Position numbers and translations under genes: made by a program. A stretch of DNA of 64,000 bases. Source: an uncultured Pelagibacteraceae bacterium. Lineage in GTDB: Bacteria > Pseudomonadota > Alphaproteobacteria > Pelagibacterales > Pelagibacteraceae. The notes below the pieces were generated by a model, which did no database searches, was not told the origin of the DNA, and saw only the letters and a list, made by a program, of their open reading frames with translations. The stretch spans positions 35,740-99,739 of the forward strand of contig CACITE010000002.1 in the NCBI GenBank assembly GCA_902589505.1, read 5' to 3'. Of this stretch, positions 57,562 to 64,000 are shown in pieces (positions within the stretch are counted from its first letter, which is position 1; each line of letters opens with the position of its first letter).

Positions 57562-59145
57562 TTAATTATTTAATATTATATCAGAAGCTTTTTCAGCAAT
57601 CATCAATGTTGGTGCGTTTAAATTGGCGCTGGGAATTTCTGGCATTACAGAGGCATCAACTACTCTTAAATTTTTAATTCCTTTAACTTTTAAATTCTCA
57701 TCAACTACAGCCATTTCATCCATTCCCATCTTACATGTTCCACACGGATGATAAGCAGTTTCAGCATTAGATCTAATGTATTCATTTAACTCATCATCAC
57801 TTTGCTTGTCAGATCCTGGACCAATCTCTTTTCCCGCATGTTTAGCTAAAGAAGGTTGTGATAGGATTTTTCTTGCAATATGAATACATTCTCTTGTTTG
57901 TCTTAAATCATCTTCGTCTTCTAAGTAATTAAATTTAATTTTTGGATAATCGTATGGGTTGGAAGAATTAAGAGTAATCGATCCTCTGCTTTTTGGGTGA
58001 TTAGGGCTAGCATGTAATTGATAGCCGTGTGACGTAGGATTGACCAGACCATGATTAATCACAAATGATGGAAAAAAATGAAATTGTATATTCGGTATTT
58101 TTCTATCAGGCGAAGATTTTGCAAATCCTCCAGCTTCTAAATATGATTGTGAGCAAGGACCAGATTTAGATAAAAACCACTGAATACCGGCGAGCATTTT
58201 TGGAATTAACTTTGTGTACGTGTAGAGAGTATTGGGTGTTTTACATTCTTGCATAATGTACGTTTCCAAATGGTCCTGAAGATTTTTTCCTACACCTTTT
58301 AAATCATGAATAACATTAATCCCTTTATCTTTTAAATGATTAGCATTTCCAATTCCTGAAAGCATTAGTAATTGTGGTGAATTAATTGAACCGCCACTTA
58401 ATATTAATTCTTTTTCTGCGTAAATTTTTTCAACTTTATTCTTAATTTTTACTTCGATACCAATAGCTTTTTTTCCATCAAAAATAATTTTTTCCACAAA
58501 CGAATTAGAAAAAATATTTAGATTTTTTCTACTTTTTGCAGGATTTAAATAATATTTTGCTACACTTGCTCTTTCACCATTATGAATTGTAGTATCAAAC
58601 ATTCCAAATCCTTCTTGAGATTCTCCATTCATATCTGGATTAATTTTATGCCCAGCTTCAGAAGAAGCATTTAAAAAAGCACTAAACAAAGGATTGCTAT
58701 TTCTTGATTGGTTAACGGGCAATAATCCAAAAGATCCTCTATATTGATTTTCCCCACCTGACCAATTTTCAATTTTTTTAAAATAGGGAAGGATATTATC
58801 ATACGACCATGATTTTAATCCAAAACTCTCCCATCTTTCATAATCATTTCTATTACCTCTTACAAACACCATTCCGTTATGAGCTGAACAACCACCAATC
58901 ATTTTTCCTCTTGGACAAAATAATTTTCTATTATTTAAATAAGGCTCTGGTTCAGAATAATATTTCCAATTATATTTAGGATCATGCATTGTGTACAATA
59001 AAGCCAATGGCATCTTTACCTTCCAAATATCGCTTTGATTTCCCGCTTCAAAGACAGCAACTTTATTAATTGAGTTTTCAGTTAATCTATTTGCGAGAAC
59101 GCAACCAGCAGATCCTGCACCAATAATTATATAATCAAACTTCAT
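57562..59145 (-). CDS. GMC-family FAD oxidoreductase, choline-dehydrogenase-like
   Basis: FDYIIIGAGSAGCVLANRL, GGCSAHNGM, and C-terminal HPCGTCKMG / VVDASVMP motifs. Confidence 0.85.
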   Translation of the reverse strand: MKFDYIIIGAGSAGCVLANRLTENSINKVAVFEAGNQSDIWKVKMPLALLYTMHDPKYNWKYYSEPEPYLNNRKLFCPRGKMIGGCSAHNGMVFVRGNRNDYERWESFGLKSWSYDNILPYFKKIENWSGGENQYRGSFGLLPVNQSRNSNPLFSAFLNASSEAGHKINPDMNGESQEGFGMFDTTIHNGERASVAKYYLNPAKSRKNLNIFSNSFVEKIIFDGKKAIGIEVKIKNKVEKIYAEKELILSGGSINSPQLLMLSGIGNANHLKDKGINVIHDLKGVGKNLQDHLETYIMQECKTPNTLYTYTKLIPKMLAGIQWFLSKSGPCSQSYLEAGGFAKSSPDRKIPNIQFHFFPSFVINHGLVNPTSHGYQLHASPNHPKSRGSITLNSSNPYDYPKIKFNYLEDEDDLRQTRECIHIARKILSQPSLAKHAGKEIGPGSDKQSDDELNEYIRSNAETAYHPCGTCKMGMDEMAVVDENLKVKGIKNLRVVDASVMPEIPSANLNAPTLMIAEKASDIILNN

Positions 59146-59678
59146 ATTAGTTTGGAGATTAAAAGATTTTTATAGTCATTTATAGATTTGATTTTTAGAC
59201 CAGCTTTTTTTGCATTTTCGTCAAATTTTCTTAACTTTATTGAGCTTTCAAAAAATTCGTTATTTTCAAATTCTTTTGCCTCATTATTGGTCATAATTCC
59301 TCCTTGTAGCTTTAAACTTATTTTTGATGCCTCAGAAAGGGTATCGTAATATTTTTTATTTCTGGCTAAATATTTTTTTGCTTTTACATGATATTTTACT
59401 GGCCCAACAACTTCTTTTACAAAATATTGTTTTAAGAATTCATAACCAAAATCTTCATGTCTTCCATTTTTTTTTTCTTTAACTAGATTATCTGGGTTTT
59501 CCAATATAAAATGTCCATAATCATGAAGCAAACTTGAACAAACAAGATTGCTGGAACAATTTGCTTTTTCTGCAAGCATGGCAGTCTGTATCATATGTTC
59601 AGTCATTGTAACTTTTTCACCAATATAAAGAATTTTATTATTTAAATAGGAAGATATAATTTTATCAATTATATTCAT
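59142..59678 (-). CDS. PhnZ-like HD-domain oxygenase
   Basis: TEHMIQTA, SSLLHDYGH, YHVKAKKYL, LSEASK..L.LQGGIM and RKFDENAK match my recollection of PhnZ. Its stop overlaps the next gene's ATG (ATGA). Confidence 0.65.
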   Translation of the reverse strand: MNIIDKIISSYLNNKILYIGEKVTMTEHMIQTAMLAEKANCSSNLVCSSLLHDYGHFILENPDNLVKEKKNGRHEDFGYEFLKQYFVKEVVGPVKYHVKAKKYLARNKKYYDTLSEASKISLKLQGGIMTNNEAKEFENNEFFESSIKLRKFDENAKKAGLKIKSINDYKNLLISKLI

Positions 59679-59686
59679 TTAATAGA

Positions 59687-60514
59687 TTATTGAGGTTGGT
59701 CGCCTTCAATAGCAATTCTGTCCATTATTCTTTCGTAACCTAGACCTCTGCCTGGAAAAAAATCTGATATAGCATAATGCTGAACACTTCTATTATCCCA
59801 AATTGCTACAGCATTTTCTGTCCATCTAAAACGGCAAGTTAAATCTAATCTTGCTTGGTGTTCAAATATTTTCTCTAAAATTTCATCACTTTCATTTTTT
59901 TCTAAACCAATTATTTTTTTTGTATAAGTCCAATTAACAAATAATATTTTTTTTCCAGTTTCAGGATGAGTACGAACTATAGGATGTTCATTGCTGTATT
60001 CTTTTTTATTTCCATTACTTTCCATTGCCTCATATTCATCAGTAAAAAAAGCTCCACCCAAGGAACTGTGAACAGCTTTTTTATCTTTAATTTTTTCCTT
60101 TATATTTTTATCTAATGTCTCCCAAGCAAGTTCCATATTTGCAAACATTGTATCACCACCAACCGGAGGTATTTTAACAGATCTTAATATAACAGCTTTT
60201 GTAGGTTTAACATTATAACTTACGTCACTGTGCCAATTCTCTCCCCATTGATTTTTTTCATGAGGTTTTTTGACAATTCTAACTATTTCTGGATAATCGT
60301 CGCGGCCTTTTACATACACATGTTTTTCAAGTGGTCCAAAATGTTTCGCTAATGCCAACTGTTCTTTTGGAGTAATATTTTGGTTTCTAAAAAAAATAAC
60401 CTTATGTTCCAAAAGTAATTTATTTATAATTTTAAAATTTTTTTCAGATGTGTCTTTTAGATCAATACCGCTGATCTCTGCACCCAATGCCCCTGATAAA
60501 AGGTTTATATCCAT
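59687..60514 (-). CDS. TauD/TfdA-family Fe(II)/2-oxoglutarate dioxygenase (taurine-dioxygenase-like; PhnY-type partner of the HD protein)
   Basis: WHSDVSY and PPVGGDTMFANM motifs and C-terminal WDNRSVQH. Its stop lies 8 nt before the HD gene start. Confidence 0.85.
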   Translation of the reverse strand: MDINLLSGALGAEISGIDLKDTSEKNFKIINKLLLEHKVIFFRNQNITPKEQLALAKHFGPLEKHVYVKGRDDYPEIVRIVKKPHEKNQWGENWHSDVSYNVKPTKAVILRSVKIPPVGGDTMFANMELAWETLDKNIKEKIKDKKAVHSSLGGAFFTDEYEAMESNGNKKEYSNEHPIVRTHPETGKKILFVNWTYTKKIIGLEKNESDEILEKIFEHQARLDLTCRFRWTENAVAIWDNRSVQHYAISDFFPGRGLGYERIMDRIAIEGDQPQ

Positions 60515-60587
60515 TGACTAAGCTTAATCGATTTACTTTTGGTTGTAAATCTCTCGAAGAACTTGATTTATGTGGCTATAATTGTTT

Positions 60588-60824
60588 TTATTTTAACAAT
60601 TTTCTATAAGTAAATATTACAGCAAACACTATTATTAATGCAGCTATTCCCGACTCTCCAAGGCTGTTCAATAATGCAATTAAATTTTTTGTAACTTGTG
60701 AGCCTAAAAAAGCTACATCTGGACCAAATAGTATTTCAGCTAGAACTGAAACTCCTAATAAAAGAACACCCAATTCAATAAATTGTCTTAAATAATTTCT
60801 TATTTTTGTAATCCATGCATTCAT
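60588..60824 (-). CDS. small two-TM membrane protein (paralog A, 78 aa)
   Basis: AAGGAG SD 7 nt before the ATG at 60824. Shares the motif N.I.L...SLGE/D.GI..LI with the neighbouring gene. Confidence 0.6.
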   Translation of the reverse strand: MNAWITKIRNYLRQFIELGVLLLGVSVLAEILFGPDVAFLGSQVTKNLIALLNSLGESGIAALIIVFAVIFTYRKLLK

Positions 60825-60857
60825 AAAATACTCCTTCAATTTACTTATTTAAACTTC

Positions 60858-60889
60858 CTATCCTAGCCCAAAATCGAGGGCTAGGATAG
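60858..60889 (-). other. perfect 12-bp stem-loop between the two small-protein genes
   Basis: CTATCCTAGCCC / GGGCTAGGATAG with an 8-nt loop and no U-run after it. A second 8-bp hairpin is at 60903-60934. Confidence 0.6.
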
Positions 60890-60943
60890 TCAGGTTTTTA
60901 AACGTTAGTTAACTATTAAGAGGGAAAACTAACGAGATAAAAT

Positions 60944-61159
60944 CTATTTGTAAAAACCTAAAATTATAATAGCTGCTATTAAGCCGACTATTCCTGCATC
61001 ACCTAGTGACTGCACTAGTCCAACTATATTATCAGCTATTCCACTTACGAATGGAACATTTCCACCCAAAAGCGAAACAACGATACCTAAACCAAGTAGT
61101 GATATAACTACATGTGTTAGGCTTCTTACTGTTCCTGAGAATCCTGCAAGCATTTTCAT
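60944..61159 (-). CDS. small two-TM membrane protein (paralog B, 71 aa)
   Basis: GGGAGG SD 8 nt before the ATG at 61159. Paralogous to 60588-60824. Confidence 0.6.
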   Translation of the reverse strand: MKMLAGFSGTVRSLTHVVISLLGLGIVVSLLGGNVPFVSGIADNIVGLVQSLGDAGIVGLIAAIIILGFYK

Positions 61160-61379
61160 ACTTAACACCTCCCTAAAGTTACTTGTTTAAACAAGTGCTA
61201 CCGAATCAACCATCGATAGCGTATGGGTCTTAGTATCATACTATATATAGATATCTACTCTATTTTGATGCAAAAAAACCAGAAAAATAAGGGTTTTTAA
61301 ACTTTTCCACATCACTTACTAGGACTCAAAAGAGGGATTGGGCATTGTACTCTTTATATATATGTTAAAAATCGAAATA

Positions 61380-61721
61380 ATGAATCTAACCTACGCTTAT
61401 ATATTTTTGATTTTGGCAATAGCCTTTGAAGTGATAAGCACAAGCTTTTTAAAGGATACTAATGGCTTTACCAGATTTTATCCTTCGCTAGTGGTAATAG
61501 TGGCTTTGTGTATTTGTCTTTTCTTAATGTCACATTCAATGAAGTTTATTCCAGTAGGAATAGTTTACGCCAGCTGGGCAGGATTAGGAATTGTGGCCAT
61601 AACAATTATTGCAGTATTTAAATATAATCAAGTGCCAAATATACCAACTATGATAGGAATTGCTCTTATAGTTATTGGTGTTGTTGTTGTTAATTTAATG
61701 AATGATATCGATGTTAAATAA
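61380..61721 (+). CDS. SMR-family small multidrug/quaternary-cation efflux protein (EmrE/SugE-like)
   Basis: Four TM helices with the conserved membrane Glu in AIAFEVISTSFLK. ATG at 61380 preferred. Confidence 0.85.
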   Translation: MNLTYAYIFLILAIAFEVISTSFLKDTNGFTRFYPSLVVIVALCICLFLMSHSMKFIPVGIVYASWAGLGIVAITIIAVFKYNQVPNIPTMIGIALIVIGVVVVNLMNDIDVK

Positions 61722-62140
61722 TGCAACAAATATTTCATGAAATTAAAATAAACACTAAAGGTCAAGGATTTTACGATTTTACCTCAAAAACTGTCAACTG
61801 GTTAAGCAAGCAAGAAATTAAAAATGGAATATTAAATATAAATATTTTACACACGAGCGCTTCATTAGTTATACAAGAAAACGCAGACCCAGATGTATTG
61901 GACGATTTAAAAATTTTCTTCGATAAATTGGTTCCTATGGACAATAAACTCTACAAACATACGACGGAAGGCAAAGATGATATGCCCGCGCATATTAAAT
62001 CTGCTCTAACAAATAATCAGCTTACACTAAGCATAAAAAATAATAAATTAATGCTAGGAACGTGGCAGGGGCTATATTTATTTGAGCACAGGATAGAAAA
62101 ACACACCAGGATATTATCTCATCATTTGATTGGAGATTAA
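61721..62140 (+). CDS. YjbQ/UPF0047-family protein
   Basis: HTSASLVIQENADPDV, DDMPAHIKSAL and LGTWQGLYLFEHR motifs. Confidence 0.85.
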   Translation: MQQIFHEIKINTKGQGFYDFTSKTVNWLSKQEIKNGILNINILHTSASLVIQENADPDVLDDLKIFFDKLVPMDNKLYKHTTEGKDDMPAHIKSALTNNQLTLSIKNNKLMLGTWQGLYLFEHRIEKHTRILSHHLIGD

Positions 62141-62147
62141 CTTATTA

Positions 62148-62990
62148 ATGTCATCAACAGTTTTTATCACAGTGATATTTGCAGCACTTCTTCATGCTAT
62201 TTGGAACGGAATGGTAAAAAATTATGAAGATAAAGTTATTTCTGTTTCAGCAATAGTTTTCGGTCATGTCCCAATTGCAATATTGGTAATGTTATTTTTG
62301 CCTCTTCCAACTTTGGAAAGTGTACCTTATATAATATTAAGTGCAATTATTCATCAAGGTTATCAATACTATTTAATTTCAGCTTATAAAATTGGGAATT
62401 TGACCAGAGTCTATCCAATTGCAAGAGGAAGCGGGCCTATAGTTGCTACATTAATTTCAATTATATTTTTAGGACTTTTAATTTCAAAAATTCAAGCATT
62501 ATCTATTTTTTTAATTTGTTTTGGAATAATTATTCTTGGAGTTTTCAACAAAAAATCATTAAAAAATAATAAAGAAGTTGTTTATTCTTTAATGACAGGA
62601 TTTTTCATAGGCTTATATTCTTTATCAGACGGCTATGGAGCTAGAATAAGCTTGTCTCCGTTAAGTTTTTTAGGTTGGTCATTTGTTTTAAACGCAATGA
62701 TATTTCCCTTCGTTTTAAAATCTATGAATTATTCAAATGTTTTTAGTCGCGTTATGAAGGAAGCAAAATTTATATTTTGGATAGGAGGAACAATCTCTTA
62801 TATAGTATATGGATTAATTGTTTGGAGCTTTACTCAAGCACCAATACCACTTGTCGGAGCTTTAAGAGAAACAAGTATTATTTTTGCTTTATTGATTGGA
62901 AGTTTATTTTTAAAAGAAAGATTAACTCTAGAAAAAATAATTTCTATATTATTAATTTTTTTAGGAGTGATATTGTTAAAATTGTTTTAA
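62148..62990 (+). CDS. DMT-superfamily membrane protein
   Basis: Ten hydrophobic helices. ATG at 62148 preferred over the upstream TTG. Confidence 0.7.
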   Translation: MSSTVFITVIFAALLHAIWNGMVKNYEDKVISVSAIVFGHVPIAILVMLFLPLPTLESVPYIILSAIIHQGYQYYLISAYKIGNLTRVYPIARGSGPIVATLISIIFLGLLISKIQALSIFLICFGIIILGVFNKKSLKNNKEVVYSLMTGFFIGLYSLSDGYGARISLSPLSFLGWSFVLNAMIFPFVLKSMNYSNVFSRVMKEAKFIFWIGGTISYIVYGLIVWSFTQAPIPLVGALRETSIIFALLIGSLFLKERLTLEKIISILLIFLGVILLKLF

Positions 62991-63044
62991 GTACTTAAAT
63001 TTTATAATTGAATAATTTAGTTTTTTAACTTATTAGTATAGAGC

Positions 63045-64000
63045 ATGTACAGTAAATTTGGTCAATTTATAGATGGAAAATGGCAGCAGTCAGAAGGAAA
63101 AGAAACCTATGATGTTATCAATCCTGCCACAGAAGAGGTAATTGGAAAAGCTCCAAAAGCATCTTCAAAAGATGTTGATAAAGCACTTAAATCTGCTGAA
63201 AAAGGTTTTTTAATTTGGAAAAAATTTTCACCATGGAATAGAGCAGTAGTTATCAGAAAAATTGCAGATTTAATGAGAAAAAGAAGTAATGAGTTAGCTA
63301 AATGGATGACGTTAGAAACTGGCAAACCCTTAGCTGAATCGTTAGCTGAAGTAGCAGGATCTGCTGATATTTTTGAGTGGAACGCCGAAGAAACTAAGAG
63401 AATTTATGGTCAAACAGTACAAAGTAGATTTGAAGATACAAGAGTTATAATTAATTATGAACCTGTTGGCGTGGTTGCGGCTTTGTCTCCATGGAACTTT
63501 CCTCTTATTTTGGCAGCAAGGAAAATTTCAACTGCGTTGGCCGCGGGTTGTTCAGTAATTTGTAAACCAGATGTTATCACTCCAGGCACAGTTATGGAGC
63601 TTGTAGATATTATTAATCAATGTGGAACCCCTCCAGGAGCTGTAAACCTATTATCTGGCGATCCAGCATCAATTGCTTCACAATTAATTTCTTCAGATAT
63701 TGTAAAAAAAATTTCTCTAACAGGATCGACTAGAGTTGGAAAGATAATTTTAAAACAAGCAGCTGAAAAAATACAAAGAGTTACAATGGAATTAAGTGGC
63801 CATGCTCCATTCATAGTTCATGCAGATGCTGATGTTGAAAAAGCCGTAGATATAGCTATGGCGGCTAAATACAGAAATAATGGTCAGGTATGTATTTCAC
63901 CTAGCCGTTTTTATATACATGAAAGTAAAAAAGAAAAATTTACAAAGTTTTTTGTTGACAAAACTATAAAGTTAAAAATTGGAAATGGAATGAGTAAAGA
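63045..64000 (+). CDS. NAD-dependent aldehyde dehydrogenase (5' part, runs off the window)
   Basis: Not in the ORF track because no stop is reached. ATG at 63045, then MYSKFGQFIDGKW..., PWNFP, MELSGHAP and the catalytic-Cys region NNGQVCISPSRF. Confidence 0.85.
   Translation, partial: MYSKFGQFIDGKWQQSEGKETYDVINPATEEVIGKAPKASSKDVDKALKSAEKGFLIWKKFSPWNRAVVIRKIADLMRKRSNELAKWMTLETGKPLAESLAEVAGSADIFEWNAEETKRIYGQTVQSRFEDTRVIINYEPVGVVAALSPWNFPLILAARKISTALAAGCSVICKPDVITPGTVMELVDIINQCGTPPGAVNLLSGDPASIASQLISSDIVKKISLTGSTRVGKIILKQAAEKIQRVTMELSGHAPFIVHADADVEKAVDIAMAAKYRNNGQVCISPSRFYIHESKKEKFTKFFVDKTIKLKIGNGMSK

Noticed and set aside
1-64000. Search for mobile elements, prophage, CRISPR arrays, tRNA/rRNA genes, toxin-antitoxin or restriction/defence modules
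   Set aside because: I found no integrase, transposase, recombinase, nuclease or NTPase defence-type ORFs and no repeat-spacer periodicity or tRNA-like GC-rich cloverleaf segments. The only GC-rich islands are the riboswitches and hairpins listed. The window looks like core or flexible metabolic genome, not a mobile island.

Overview
The window is very AT-rich, almost gap-free and operon-packed, with no tRNA/rRNA, CRISPR, integrase or transposase. Gene content and RNA elements (tandem glycine riboswitch before gcvTHP, SAM-II/SAM-V-type leader before bhmt, proXWV, many DMT/EamA transporters) fit a streamlined marine alphaproteobacterium of the SAR11/Pelagibacterales type; this is inference from sequence only. 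Layout: prpD; pxpABC; glycine cleavage; a lipid-modification cluster (FAD oxidoreductase/DUF1365/CFA-synthase-like/DUF3833/SDR) plus tspO; an NAD-type formate dehydrogenase operon (nifU-like, HPP, fdhD, fdsG, fdsB, fdhA) divergent from a complete Moco operon (mobA-moaC-moeA-moaA-moaD-moaE); agmatinase, CotH-like and MFS genes; and from about 38 kb a quaternary-amine/phosphonate region (bhmt, two BBOX-like dioxygenases, two PhnZ-type HD-domain proteins, TauD-like dioxygenase, proXWV, BKACE, GMC oxidoreductase, two aldehyde dehydrogenases). The most unusual direct observation is six clear plus one possible gene interruptions between 19.3 and 35.1 kb. All are in minus-strand genes and each is repaired by deleting one A from a sense-strand run of 6-9 A; three fall in fdhA. 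I cannot tell assembly error from real decay or slippage-dependent expression without reads. Other leads are two dioxygenase+HD pairs matching the TmpA/TmpB and PhnY/PhnZ oxidative C-P cleavage architectures, a possible furan-fatty-acid-type cluster directly after gcvP, and tandem small membrane-protein paralogs with conserved leaders. Product calls rest on motif recognition from the translations, not on database searches.
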